Source: Octopus vulgaris | Lineage: Eukaryota | Length of the DNA stretch: 64,000 nucleotides | Assembly (NCBI GenBank): GCA_951406725.2 | Contig: OX597814.1 | Location: 213,280,001-213,344,000, forward strand | Reading direction: 5' to 3' | Shown here: positions 28,434 through 43,030 of the stretch, piece by piece | How the letters are laid out: each line of letters begins with the position of its first letter | How positions within the stretch are numbered: position 1 is the first letter of the stretch | The notes under the pieces: model-generated | The model's input: only the letters and a program-made list of their open reading frames with translations | Database searches by the model: none | What the model was told of the DNA's origin: nothing | Program-made: the position numbers and the translations under genes

Positions 28434-29984
28434 TACGTAGATATCCAAAACTGATATGGCCGACAAGATAGGAAAATTAACAATTATTTGTTCATGTGGC
28501 TCGTGTTCAAGTCTGCTGAAGCCCTTTGCTTGTCTTTCTGAAGTCTACTACTTATCTCTAACCATTGCATAATAGGAACGAGATCTCCTTTAACATTCTT
28601 AAGTAAAACTATTAAGTTTCTTGATTTACATTTGGCGATTTTTAACGAGGCGGATATGGTTACGATGACAATAAAAAAAAAAGATTAAAGAAACAAATAC
28701 AAAAATGACAGTGTCATTAGAAACTTCATTTGCAGGATTGAAGCAGTCACAAATTCTATATTGGAATATAAAAACAGTATTGAGTTGGATTTCATTCACT
28801 TTTACTCTACATGTATATTTCTTTGTATTCTACCACAAATACTCACGTTTGGTGATTAAAAAGTAGCAACAGTGTATCGCGAAGTGCACTAAACTATTAC
28901 TCGTTTCGTATCTCTCTTTCGTATATCAGTATAAATGGCCTACATTTTTCTTTTGATCCTTCCAAAGTTGATAACATAAGTATTAGCTATGTTCTGTTGT
29001 TTAATCGTCTATATCTCTCTTCAATACGTTGTGTTCAAGCGCTAATTTATGATATCATTATTAAAAAAAACCCACAGAAACCATATGCAACCATTCTTTT
29101 CAAACGTTACCATGTAATGAATATTGTTGTTCTTGTTTCGCATTGCTCAAGAGAAACAAAATACATCTATTGATATCTAAATATAATTATATAAAAGTGT
29201 TGAATAAAATCATTGCACCAAATAGAAAACAAAAATCAATCATTTGTACCAAAGCTGAAATTAAAAAGTAATTAGGTAAAGTTAATGAACTTTCGCCATT
29301 ATTAATCGTATTAACAAGACTGAAGCACTTAGGTAGCAGATTTTGTCAATTCGTGTATTTGAGAGACTTTGATTCAAAACGAAAGCTTTCTCAAAGTAGA
29401 TTCTTTTATTTCATTTTATTTTTCGAAAGCATTCATCTGAATGTTTACTTTCCATTAAGTACGATTAAAAATAGAATTTATATACTGTTATAGTTTGTAT
29501 ACTGTCATCTGAGAAATACTTATTCACAGACACTAATTACCTCTCAAAGGATCCTTGAATTACCTGTAAATACCATGCAATATGTCATATGATAGTGTAA
29601 AAATTGTTGCACTATACAATATGTAAACAAAGATTGTTGTGTGCATACAATATCTACGGATTATTGTAAATAAAGAAGAACTAATACTGTGTACGTATCG
29701 TACAGGAACCTAAAATTTGCAGGGTCCCTGAGAATTCCTTCTAAATATGATCCCTTCTGAAATAGGTATTAAACGAAAACATTGACTCAATAACTCTGTA
29801 AACTTATAACTTTCAAGTCATAAAGAACATAATAATTTGTGATTAAGCGACACCAACATATTCCAGGTATATATTTTATACTACCATTTCAAATGTACCA
29901 TACCGTTCGCACTCATAGACTTAAGCGGAAAAGATACATCAGTACAAGTTAACAGTGTACATGTAGAGACTGTGTATGTCTGTG

Positions 29985-30021
<37 letters not shown>

Positions 30022-30256
30022 ATCATTCACCCACTGTCGTGAAAAATAAGTTTCTTTAATTCGACATTTACTTCTCGATAATTTTTATTTCCTTAGAAAA
30101 TTCAGTTCTTAAAAAGTCACAGGAATCTGCTCAATTTTGAGATATGATAGAAAATATTGTGAATAAATATGTTCAGAATACAAAAAGACTACATACATGC
30201 AACTTCTGAACAGTATAGTGTCCTTTATTTACATTATTTACAATTGACGGATATTT

Positions 30257-30302
30257 GTCACAACGTTTCGGCTGATATACTCTCCAGCCTTCATCAGGTG
30301 TC
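30257..30302 (-). ncRNA. Minimal type-I hammerhead motif
   Basis: gacac CTGATGA a ggctg gagagtatat cagcc GAAA cgtt gtg. Confidence 0.75.
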
Positions 30303-30371
30303 TTAGGGAAATTCAAACCTGGGTTCTCATTCCTGAGGTATTTTTCGATGTTGTTGTTGTTGTTGTTGTTG

Positions 30372-30425
<54 letters not shown>

Positions 30426-30713
30426 TCACTGCCTGGAATCGAACTCGCAAGTAGCCCGCACTTTTAACCACTACGCCATATGCCCGTGAGCAACTATGGA
30501 GTGAATTTTAGGGCTTATAAATCTAATATTCTCCTATCTTTCCTTAATACCGGTTCCCCATGTGCTCTTCATATCTGCACTCGGTCTGCTTAGGAGGTTG
30601 TTATGTGTCCTAGCATATGCGCTGCTTCTGTTAGTTTTCGTATTTTCCAGTGTTTTCTGTCTTTTAAAATAATAGAACTTAGGAATGAGAAGCCAGGTTC
30701 AAAGTTTCTCCAA

Positions 30714-30759
30714 GATACCTGATGAAGGCTGGAGGGTATATCAGCCGAAACGTTGTGTT
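30714..30759 (+). ncRNA. Minimal type-I hammerhead motif
   Basis: gatac CTGATGA a ggctg gagggtatat cagcc GAAA cgtt gtgtt: intact core, stems I and II pair, palindromic stem III. Confidence 0.8.
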
Positions 30760-31026
30760 AACAACAAACAAGATGAGGACACGTATCCGTTAGTTGTAAA
30801 TAATGTACATAATTCCTCATCTCTTAAATATAGAATAGCGTAGTGTCCTTATTGCCAAATTACTTTTAATTTATTTACGTTTAAATAAAAAGATCTTATT
30901 GAGGGAAATCCAATTCTATAAACCTCGTTTATGAGGCAAAACTTAGTGAATTTGAATGAGTAATACCCAAGACCGTTTTTAAACCAAGATATCTATTATT
31001 TAAAAAATAACATTTAGTATTATAAT

Positions 31027-31740
31027 AAGGTCGATATAGCTCGTAGGATGAGTTCCTGGATCTTAAAAACTTTCCGGTCCAGAGAACAAGGTGTCATCAT
31101 ACCACTCTTCTCCTCCTTTGTACGGCCACACCTCGAATACTGCTGCCCACTGTGGTCTCCCCATACAAGACAAAACATCTCGAGGATTGAATCACCCCAG
31201 AGAGCACTCACTAAACGAATTGAAGGCATGGCTGCTCTCGATTATTGGGATCGCCTTAAAGCCTTGAAACTCTACTCTCTCCAGCGTCGCCGTGAGCGGT
31301 ACATCATTTTTACGATGTGGAGAATATACCGCCAACTTTGCCCAAACGACCTGAACATAAGCTTCAAGGTTCATTCAAGACTGGGACCACGGGCAATACG
31401 TACCCTGCCCAATTCAAGATCACAGCATACATATACACTACAACATAATTTCTTTTCCTCAACAGGCCCTGCCTTATTTAACATTGTCCCGAAAGAGATC
31501 AAAGAGGAACAGGATCCCATCAACTTTAAACGGAGTCTGGATAGATTCCTTCAAAGAATACCAGATAAGCCACCCATAATTGGATACAACTCACCCAACA
31601 AAAGTTCACTACTTGAATGGACCATAAGCAAAACTTGACTTAAACAGGATTCAAATAATCCTATCAGGTGGTGCTATTAAATTAGACATGGCCTGGACCA
31701 ATCATTGGTCGAAACACATCTAAGTTTATCTAAGTTTATC
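31027..31740 (+). mobile_element. 5'-truncated CR1-like LINE (ORF2 C-terminus and 3' UTR)
   Basis: Open frame to 31638 with VRPHLEYCCPLWSP, LYSLQRRRER and FKRSLDRFL; taagtttatc tandem tail; tataat duplication at 31021 and 31741. Confidence 0.92.
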
Positions 31741-32867
31741 TATAATTATATTTTATCGAAAACTCCCAATGAAACACATCAATTACTAGAAACCAGTTTG
31801 AAATTGATGCAGTACAAGAAGACTTATGACGCAAAAGTAGTCAAATCGGAAAGAATAACACCAGATATCATCTTAAAATCCACAAATTTCTGTCGTTGTG
31901 GAACCAAATTAAAAGACCTAAAATTGGAGAATCTAATACTGGACACTACGTCCAAACTGATGCAGTAGATAAAGCTTATGGGGCAAAATGTGGTAAAGTC
32001 GATGAGAGATCACCAATAAATTTTCTTATATTGTTTTCTAATAAACTTATGTGGCAAGAAGTGAGGTATCTTTACACTAACTCCATATTTTGACCAGTTT
32101 CGGTTTGTTTCCACAAAAGGGTATGGTGGAGAGTCTTGTAAGGATAGAGTTCCTCAAGTTGAAATAATGTCTAATTTCCCAAACGTTTAAAGGGACATAT
32201 ATTTCATGTACTATAGTTAATGAGCGGAATGTAGGTGCAAAATTATCAGCGTTTTTCAGTTCAATTAAAAACCAGAATTTTAGATGCAAGAGTAAATGCT
32301 AAAGATCAATTTTTATTGAAATTTAGCAGAAATGCTAAGCTACGTTGGGAATAAGATTATTCTTATTCATCGTTTTAAAGCACAAATATGTCAATTTAAA
32401 CTCATTAAATAGCACATTTCACAGTTACTTTTTTAAATAAGATTTGTTTTTAGTCCAATCATATTTTCTATGTATCTTCGTAAGAAATAATACAAATTAA
32501 CTAATACACATCTTTAATAATGATAAAATTAATCAATCGACTCTTTGTCTCATTGGCATTTTTTAAATCTTATTCGTTTATAGAAAGCGCTGCTTGTAAA
32601 AACAGTGGACCAGCAAAGGAATGCAGGAGCACAAACGATAGCTTTCTTAATTAATTGAACAGGTGAAATCAGAACAGGAAGTGGAAGCTTTAAAAGATTG
32701 CAGGTGAAACTGAATATAAAAGAACATGTTATTTATATATTATTCAAGTATGGACCCTCGAACATACCCGAATTATGGAGAAATTTTATTCATTTTAGAT
32801 TTATAGAACTATTGCAATTCACCTAATTTCACTTCATAAACACTTCTTAATTCATTGATGATATATC

Positions 32868-33081
32868 GAAGGAGAGGAGCTTTCTCCGTCCGGGTTGCGG
32901 ATCCGTGGAACAAGCTGCCAGACGAGATGGTGAAGATGCCGACGACCGCTTTGTTCAAAGTCTCCCTTGACCTCAAGTGGCCTGAACTCTTTACATGAAC
33001 ACCACCCTGTACATAACTCCATGTCCCCCTACATGACCTTGCTTTTTGCTTTTGAGCCAAAAAAATTAACTAACTAACTAA
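32868..33081 (+). mobile_element. 3' end of a second CR1-like LINE family
   Basis: RRGAFSVRVADPWNKLPDEMV...FKVSLD followed by a (TAAC)n tail. Confidence 0.8.
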
Positions 33082-33108
33082 CATATATTGCATTTCGTTA
33101 AAATATAC

Positions 33109-33520
33109 TAAGGCGGCGAGCTCTAGAATCGTTAGCACGCCGGGAGAAATGCTTAGCGACATTTCGACAGTCTTTACGTTCAGAGTTCAAATTCCGCCGG
33201 GGTCGACTTTGCCTTTCATTCTTGAAGTTCGATAAATTAAGTACCAGTGAAGTGCTGCGATCAATGTGATCGATTGTAACCTGGTTAATATTTATATTAT
33301 TGTTAAGGTGGCATGCTGGAAGAATCATTAGCATTCCCGACGAAATGCTTAGCGGCATATCGTCCGGCTTTACGTTCTGAGTTCATATTCCGCCGCGGAC
33401 GATTTTTGCGTTTCATCCCTTTCGGGGTCGATAAAATAAGCAGTAGTTAAGTACTGGCGTCGATGTAATCGACTAACCCCCTCACCAGAATTTGCTTGCC
33501 TTGTGCTAAATATTGAAACC
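33109..33520 (+). mobile_element. Two type C-related SINEs in tandem
   Basis: Heads at about 33109 and 33304, each with the gagttca.attccgcc and tttcat...cgataaa motifs. Confidence 0.85.
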
Positions 33521-34459
33521 AATAATTTATATTCTTATTTGCTCATTTTAAAAGCAAATTCGATTGAAAATTTTCAACATATAATAATTACCATCCAAAT
33601 TAAATGGTGTATGAAACACTAGTGATCTAATGAATATACTAGCTCGCTCACCTCCTATCGTTGAATGTATAAGCTAATAAACAGCAAAAGATAAAAGTAT
33701 AAAGCTTTCGGCTATTTTGTAAAGAGCTGCAGTAAATATACCTCTATATAATCAGAGTTATTTCTCATATATTTCTCTGCATAGCATTATCTCTAGTTAC
33801 TCTGAAAATAAATTTAAAAAATCTCGTAAGGTGAACGCTTTTATATTTGCATACAATTAAGGTATGACTAAAATATAAAAAACATGCTATCGGCGATATA
33901 TGAACCATTTATTATCTTACAAATAACCATACCCACTGAGTGGGGATACGTTTATTTGTCATGTACGAGCATTTGTAGTACGTCATACAAGATTGAATTT
34001 GCCCTATTCTCACATAAAATCTTTTTTTGTCTTTCCATTTTTTTCTAATCTGTTTCTTTGTATATTAAAATAATAAAAGATCTATGTTATATATAAAATT
34101 AATTTTATATCTCGGAGCAAACACATTTCATACTGAAATATTTTCATCAAATTATTTCTTTCTTGAAAATAAAGATATATGTTCATTCGAGAAATTAATA
34201 CTGTGAAGTTGAGTTTATATTAAATTTTATATTAAATTGATTCCTGATCTAATTGATTCATCGAACATTTTCTTATTTGTGAATGAATTATTCCCTTAAT
34301 ACTCAATTTAATTCTAAGCTCGTATTTAAACAAGGCTTTAGCCACAGTCATATAAGTTTAGGCATATTTTTATGAATATACGTATTTCAATCTATGTGCA
34401 GGTGTGTCTGTGCTTAGTTCTGTGTGATATTTAGGATGAATAAATGATATATGTACATA

Positions 34460-34700
34460 GTCTTTACTCCTTTACGGACTTCAATCATTGCACAGAGATT
34501 ATGTTGGAACATTACTTTCAAGGGTTTTGTCAATGATATTGATTAAATCCAGTGCCTATCTAATTCACTCTGATAAATCTGTTGGTTACAGGAGCAGAAA
34601 CAAATCAATACCGGTTCTCAAGCGGTGAGAGACGAGCTCAAAGAATGAAACACGAGCACAGAGATACACAAGCAAATAAACACATACGTACACACACACA
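34460..34700 (-). mobile_element. Degraded SINE type D 3' half
   Basis: tttactcctttac...tcaatcatt...accggttctcaagcggtg. Confidence 0.5.
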
Positions 34701-35629
34701 CACAAACACAGGCGTGCGTGCGTACATATGTATGTATATATAAAACAATTGCAGCGTGGAAGGTGTTTATAAGACATTTAAAAACAAAAAAAACGTTATA
34801 TTCACTTCAATATTTAAATTTAATTTGTGATAAAACATATTTTCGCCGCTTTTAAACCGCGACCTGTTCACTGCACAAATCGCAATGATTCTGAAACACT
34901 GTACTAAATTTTTAAATTACACATCTCTAACTAAAAGAACTAAAAGAATATGAACGCAATTAACTTCTACTTTTAATGCGCGGGATAAGAGAGTAGAACG
35001 TCTCCTGCTTCAATAATTTTTTGATCGCTCCACAGAAAATAAGTGTCAAAATTCATACGCAATTTGTAGGAAAGAATAGTCAGCGAAAGCATAAAGCAAT
35101 CAGCAGTTAAGATATTATCATGCTGGACATCTTGAATAAGCTTAGACAACTCGGCATTAATTGAACAATATGTACTTTACAAGCATCTCACTGTGAATTA
35201 GAAGAATTGAGGAAATTTGAATATTAGTCTAACACTGTTATGATGAACTATAAAAATCTATATGCATTCCTTCTATACTTTCGGAACAAATATATATACA
35301 TAGATAGATAGATAAATAGATATAGATATAGATATAGATATAGATATATGTGTGTGTGTGTATTTATGTATATACTCAAAACTTACACGCATATGCACAC
35401 ACATATACTAGCGCACGCACACACGCGCGCACACAGATACACACACACATGTATGTATGTAAGTATGTATGTATGTATGTATGGATGCATGCGTGTATGC
35501 ATGTATACATGTATGTATGTATAAAAGAGACATTCCAGAAGCTTGAAACCTTTTTAGGAAAGGCCGTTTTAATTGTACCAGATTACTGTAATTTGAGTAA
35601 ATCATTATAATAGATTTTATAAGCTAACC

Positions 35630-35990
35630 TGCTTTTATTATTCCATGTTGAAGGAGACTGACAGCACGTTCATCAATGCCTAGCTACTTCTAACATTCTT
35701 TGTGTGAGGCAGGTGAGACAACTGATGCACAGGTTTTCGGTCTGGAGGATAAATTTTCCCTGTTCAACAATCAAATATGAACACTTTTTGTTGGCCAAAT
35801 TCCATTCCTACGTCAGCTGAAAACATTGTTATTAATTCCAGCTGATTTGTTGGCAATGTTAACAATTTTTGGCATAAATGCTGGGGTCATGCACAAAGTA
35901 TGGGTTACACTAATATCTCAGGTAGTTGCAGACCCTAAACTGTAACTATTTAATTTCTGTAGTAGGAATGATAATGGATTTGATGCCAAA
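35630..35990 (-). pseudogene. Degraded RT fragment of an R4/Dong-like non-LTR retrotransposon
   Basis: Minus strand reads QLELITMFSADVGMEFGQQKCSYLIVEQGK and later K*LGIDE, resembling the R4-clade motifs FS.DIGMEFG..KC and YKYLG. Confidence 0.7.
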
Positions 35991-36000
35991 CTGAGGGTGT

Positions 36001-36037
<37 letters not shown>

Positions 36038-37007
36038 TGTATGTATGTATGTATGTATGTATGGATGGATGGATGGATGGATGGATGGATGGATGGTTCG
36101 ATCGATCGATGGTTACCTGTCGATGAGGATTTGGTTTTAATCACTTGCATTACCTGGCCAGAGCGTTTACTCTTACCATAATTTCCAAAACAATCGGTAT
36201 AAAATCTTATGCCAGAAGGCTGTGCTGTAGCTTTGAGTAACATCTAAAACTAGTGATTCCTAGGAAAGACGGTCAAAAGGAAGCGGTAGATATTTGATCA
36301 TATTGCCACGCAATAGAATACAAGAATGAAATCTGGAGCTTAGTTGTCGTAAAGCAAACTTCTGAATAATTCATCCACCCTGTGCCAACGTATATATATA
36401 TATATATATAGAGAGAGAGAAAGAGATAGATAGATAGATATAATAACAATGATAATAATAATAGTAAAACAGTGTGTGTGTGTGTGTGCGTGTATGTGTA
36501 TGCGTGTATGTGTGCCTGCGTGTGCGTATGTTACTTATGTATTCGAAAACTGAGTTGCCGATTTTGACGTATGAGTTATCAAAAGATTCACCAATCTTTT
36601 GGCTACGAAATAAAGCATGGTTTTTATACAACTGTTATTTTACTTCAAAATTAACTTTGAAAACGAGGTTATTTTCGCACAATTTTGAGATCTTTAGCTA
36701 AGGGAGGCAACCCTGCTTGAACAATCTTAAAATACATGAGTTTTATCTGAGAATGTAACTTCAAAGATATACCGTCAACTTTATTAGTATTATTTAGTAG
36801 ATAATCTTTCAATGTGAAGTATGTTTGTGTTTTGTTTAACCTAGATTTGCTTCTGATGTAGCAGACCCGTCGTATAGCTTTCTCTCTTCCTGAAATACTC
36901 TTTTGATGAAACGGTGTTGAAGTAGCTCAAGTTACATCATAGAAACGTCTGTGTGTGTGTGTGCATGCATGTGTGTGTGTGTGCATGCATGTGTGTGTGT
37001 GTGCATG

Positions 37008-37038
<31 letters not shown>

Positions 37039-37249
37039 CTTTTTTGTGGTGAAAAAACAGAATATTTTGCACAATAATTTTTAAAGAAATCTGGACATCT
37101 TTCAAATTACAATTGTTAATCGTTGGAAGTCAACTAAACTGAAATATACATACAGTATTATTGTTTAGAGTGGAGCTTCAATACGAAGTTCTGAACTCAT
37201 TATCTTGTGATTAGTTATCCATTCCCTTAAATTTTAAACCATTAAGTCT

Positions 37250-37590
37250 TTAAACATTGTTTTACAAGGTTTAGTCTTTCGACTGTTGCCAAGACGGAGT
37301 ATCAGCTTCAAAAATTTAATTGATCATACTGACCTCAGTACATATTTCAATGTGGCATTTATTTTATAGATCTCTGCTTGATGAACTGCTAACTTTGAGA
37401 CAGAGTGGGACACAATACTCGATTTAACAACAAATGTAAATACACACACTCACACACACACAAACACATATTAGGTGTAATAATGACTGTGTGGTTGCAA
37501 CGTTTGTTTTCCAACCACCTGGTTCCATGTTCTGCAGCCCTGGACCAACCATAGACTTGTGACTGAATTTGGTAGATGGAAACTGCAGTG
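37250..37590 (-). mobile_element. Degraded SINE type D
   Basis: Family motifs are present, but the head half (tgtgtggtt...ccaaccacctggttcc...ttgtgactgaatttggtagatggaaactg) reads on +, so it is probably two pieces in opposite orientation. Confidence 0.45.
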
Positions 37591-37594
37591 TTTT

Positions 37595-37743
37595 TCATCA
37601 GAAAATAACCGAAAAACATGTTTATAAAGAATAATTGTTTGTTTCATACGCCGCGTGTGCCGATTCTTGCCATAAGAAAGGAACAAACGATACAATGTAG
37701 TTGTAGGTCATAACACCCGGGCAACACCGGGTTGCATTGCTAG
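37595..37743 (+). mobile_element. Helitron 3' terminus
   Basis: Hairpin cccgggcaacaccggg followed by ...gCTAG|t; 5' boundary uncertain. Confidence 0.7.
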
Positions 37744-37904
37744 TGTGTGTCTGTGAGTGTGCATGTATGTATGTATGTATGTATGTATGTATGTATGTAT
37801 ATATGTATATGTGTAGAGAAATAAATATCATATATATATGAATGTGTTTGTGTATGTGCGTGTGTGTGTATGTATATATGTACGTATGGAGAAATACATA
37901 TACA

Positions 37905-38070
37905 TTGCTTTCAAAGTCTGGCACGAATCCAATAATTTCGGGAGAGAGGTAAGTTCATTACATCGACGTTGGTGTTTAAATGGTACTTATTTTATCAACT
38001 CCGCAAGGATGATAGGCAAAGTCGACATCGGTGGAATTTGAACGCGAAACATACAGACGAACGTCGAAAT
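37905..38070 (-). mobile_element. Degraded type C-related SINE
   Basis: ggtacttattttatc...ggcaaagtcgac.tcggtggaatttgaac. Confidence 0.7.
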
Positions 38071-38723
38071 AAATATATATTAAATATGCATTGTAATATG
38101 TGGACATACATTATATTGATGTCTGTGTATATAAATACACATACATACACAGACATATATGTGTGCGTATGTATCAACTTTCGTCAAATGCTTTGTTTCA
38201 GTAATGTGTTTGATAGACCAAAATATAATCGGTAATTTAATAACGAAAATCTTTAATTAGGTATTGCTATTTGTAAAGGACTTAACAAGAGTTCGAATGC
38301 ATCACGCCATTATGGATCAATCATAAGATACAAGTGACTAATTAGAAGGCAGATTTTTACCATTGTAGCAGTACCATTTTTAGTTTGTACTTTTAGTTAG
38401 CTTTTCTCTTTTTACCTTTTATATACCGATTCGAGTGTTCTGTGCGAAAATCTTTAAGTAGTGTAATATTTCACTACTGGACAAAAGTATTAATCTAATT
38501 GTCTGAGAAATCCTACTGCGATATTATTTTCCTTTCTTATTTTCTCCTTTTTTTTTTTTCTTTGCCGTTATATTTGATTAAGAACTATGAAAATAGATTC
38601 ACTAAAAGTGATTTAGATTTTACCTGAATGCATAATATCATTTCACTTTTTGGACAAATAATTATTTAGTTCGCAAAAAACCTGTTCCCACTACACACAC
38701 ACATGTGTATGTGTATATATATA

Positions 38724-38764
<41 letters not shown>

Positions 38765-38813
38765 ATTAATGTATATATATACATATATATATGTATATAT
38801 ATATATATGTATG

Positions 38814-38858
<45 letters not shown>

Positions 38859-38996
38859 ACCCATATAATACAATAGATGAACTGATTGTTTGGCAATTTT
38901 TAACATCTATGTATTAGTCTTGTTGGGTACCTATCTAGCAGTATATTGGATATATGTTATCCCATGGTGGGTTGAATTTTCAACCCCTGTCTCATT

Positions 38997-39055
<59 letters not shown>

Positions 39056-39600
39056 TATATATATTTATATATATGTATGAATGTAAATATATGGCATATA
39101 CGGGTACAGCACGTCACCAACTGTATACAACATGGAATACGAAAACAAATGCAAATAACGAGAGAAAAATTGGAAAACAAGGTAAGTAATACAAAGAATA
39201 CAAAGACCGACCCTTCACCAGTTGTCTGCTGTCTGTCTACTCCCCATTTCGAGCGATAAACGACAACTTTTGGATTTATGGAGGCTCAAAGTTAGAAACA
39301 TAAACAGGACAGTGAGGCCATACAGGGAAACCAAGCGAAAACAAACATTGAGGATCGTTAGACCTGAACGAGGGGAAAATAGTGAACGCTGAGAGAAATA
39401 TTTTCTTTGAAAAGAGATCAGATAGAAGAAAGAGATATGAGACGTCCAGTCCTTAGAAGGTCCATGCAGGAAAGAAAGATGGTCACGTGTGAGCAACGAG
39501 AGAGAGAAAAAGAGAGAGAGACAGAAAGAAAACGGTGAAAGGGAGAAAAAGGGAATTAGAGAGGATGAGGTCAAAACAGCATAGAGTATATGTATATATG

Positions 39601-39651
<51 letters not shown>

Positions 39652-39922
39652 CCTTTTATATATTTATATATTTATATATTTCTTTATATTTTTATGTATT
39701 TATTATTCTAGATGTTATGTTAAAATATATATTTTTTTAGTCACTAAAGTATTAATCATTAACTTTTAACCACGATGGATTGTATTTGTACATTTTTGTT
39801 ATATTTTTCTCATATGCTTGTTTTGATGAGTTGTGTTTCATCTTCCATGTATATTCTATGTGAAAGAAAAAGCATGAAATGTTACGTGGATGACCTTATA
39901 TTTGTTTGTTCTGCAACCATAG

Positions 39923-39957
<35 letters not shown>

Positions 39958-40538
39958 AGGAATAACCAAATAACCACCAAGGTTAGCGTCTTCTTCTAGC
40001 ATATTGGTGTTTATTCCCTTTATATATGTAAGTAATATAGTTTCTTAATCTTCGGATTTTTTAAGTATGCTAGGCCACTGGTTTAAATTGATATTAATTA
40101 ATTAATATTAATTTAATTTCTACCCACATTACTTAACTTTTAAATAACCATGTTCTCTAAACATGGTTATTTCGCTGCCGAAATGAAGACAGATAACATG
40201 TTAAGTCTTCTGCTCCGAAATTTAAATTTTGAATTTGTTTTGAATTATAGAATTAGACCTCACTTAAAATCATCTTTTGGCTTTCGAATACAACCTTTTC
40301 TTTCTCTTTCTATATTTTTTGTTAAGTTATATTTTCTTGTTTTCCAATTTCTTTTTGCTTGTATCAAGGAATGGAAGAAAGAATTAAAAAAATTTTAAAT
40401 TCATAGAGTCGAACAAAATATTAATTCTATTTTTCCCATTTCCCTAAATACTAACAAGAGATTCGAGAGAGATTTGGCTGTTATTTCTAGCACATAGATT
40501 TATTTATACATAGATATACTCTCTTTCTCTCTCTCTCT

Positions 40539-40744
40539 TTTACTCTTTTACTTGTTTCAGTCATTTGACTGCGGCCATGCTGGAGCACCGCCTTTAGTCG
40601 AGCAACTAGACCCCGGGACTTATTCTTTTGTAAGCCCAGTACTTATTCTATCGGTCTCTTTTGCCGAACCGCTAAGTAACGGGGACATAAACACACCAGC
40701 ATCGGTTGTCAAGCACTGCTAGGGGGACAAATACAGACACGCAA

Positions 40745-40779
<35 letters not shown>

Positions 40780-40945
40780 CGTATATACGACGGGCTTCTT
40801 TTCAGTTTCCGTCTGCCAAATCCACTCACAAGGCTTTGGTCGGCCCGAGGCTATAGTAGAAGACACTTGCCCAAGGTGCCACGCAGTGGGATTGAACCCG
40901 GAACCATGTGGTTGGTAAACAAGCTACTTACCACACAGCCACTCC
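40539..40945 (-). mobile_element. SINE type D, full length, with internal microsatellite
   Basis: tRNA-like head ggagtggctgtgtggtaag...gggttcaatccc, CORE-like accttgggcaagtgtctt, internal (TA)/(CA)n, and 3' half ending taaaagagtaaa. Confidence 0.9.
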
Positions 40946-41519
40946 GTGTGTTATTTAGTGTGTGTGTGTGTGTGTGTGTGTGTAATTTACATATTTATGT
41001 ATATGTATATAATGTATATATAAATGCTTAAAACATATATTATACATGCATACGCATATAGATATATAATCTTAATATGTAAGTATATATATGCATATAT
41101 ATATATATATATATATATATAGTAATATTTATGTATGTATGTATGTATGTATTATGTATGTATTCTGAGTCATTGTTGAGACGCCAATCAATGTAATTTT
41201 TAGGTACACTCCTATATATGAGAAATTATTTCGAACAAGAGCTTCATCACATACATTTTTTCATATTAGTAAAAGCAGACCGACTGTAAATGTTCTACCA
41301 ATGTCACTTGACGACCACTGAACAATATACATTGCCCAGAAATACTTCTCACACGCTGACAAGGACTCATAAAGCAGAATCTACTACGGAGCTGTCATTA
41401 TCGAATAAAGTTTTAATATCTTAACTACAGATTTATGATATAGTGGCACGCTCGCAAAAGGCATGCACAGACAAACGTACACACAAACGTACACGCAATC
41501 ATACACGGACATATTCACG

Positions 41520-42121
<602 letters not shown>

Positions 42122-42297
42122 CTGTATTTTGATTTTCTGTTTCTGTTATTTCTTAAAATCCTGCTCATGATAGAAATATTGAGAAAAAAAATTGTGTTAG
42201 GACAGCCTCATGAGAATTTTATTAGTACTGCGGGTAGAAGAATCATAGTTGTTCAGTAATTGCTAGAAATACTCAGGACGCCTTCTGCATGGAAACG

Positions 42298-42390
42298 TAA
42301 GAATACGTTTGAGCAACGAGAGAAAATAATGGAGAAAGATCGAGAAAGGCAGAGAGACAGATAGAAACTGGTGAAGGCGAGGAAAAAGGC

Positions 42391-42426
<36 letters not shown>

Positions 42427-42680
42427 ATGTATAAATTTAATTAGAGATAAAACCAATATTAGGCCAATCAAACAGTGAAAAACATAAACCAAAACATAAA
42501 AATAAATATAATTAATATAATATACAAAAAATATAAAATTTTAAATTTAAATTATTAAATTTAAAATTTTTTATATTTATAAATTTTTATATTTTTTTAC
42601 ATATATATGTCTCTGTCGCTCTGTCTCTCTCTCTCTCCATATTTCTCCATTATTTTCTCTCGTTGCTCACACGTTACTAT
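42298..42680. repeat. Inverted repeat with about 65-bp arms; related sequence at 39480-39555
   Basis: tgagcaacgagagaaaataatggagaaa / tttctccattattttctctcgttgctca. Confidence 0.8.
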
Positions 42681-42732
42681 CGTCCATCTTTTCCTCAAGT
42701 GATCATATCTCTCTCTCTCTCTCTCTCTCTCT

Positions 42733-42780
<48 letters not shown>

Positions 42781-42949
42781 AGATAATGGTGTCATTGAGA
42801 CCCAAAGGTGTCAGGTAATGTTGAATAAGTACTATAGACAGACCATAGTTAAGTTCCAGCTTCGGTAATATTGCGAATAAAGGGTTCAGCTTTGGTTTTA
42901 TGTCAGCGTGTGTATATAAAAATTCTTATATATACACACACACACACAC

Positions 42950-42994
<45 letters not shown>

Positions 42995-42995
42995 G

Positions 42996-43027
<32 letters not shown>

Positions 43028-43030
43028 ATA

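Larger units (their letters stand above)
30226..30840 (-). mobile_element. Penelope-like 3' fragment with inverted pseudo-LTR
   Basis: Minus-strand KHWKIRKLTEAAHMLGH (GIY-YIG C-terminal-like), then a tRNA-like segment, (AAT/AAC)n and a pLTR. Inverted pLTR copy at 30679-30835; flanking duplication tagtgtcctt at 30216 and 30841. Confidence 0.8.

Noticed and set aside
32678-32725. Possible short exon near 32660-32705 (ag...gt boundaries)
   Set aside because: Weak pyrimidine tract and donor; no partner exons
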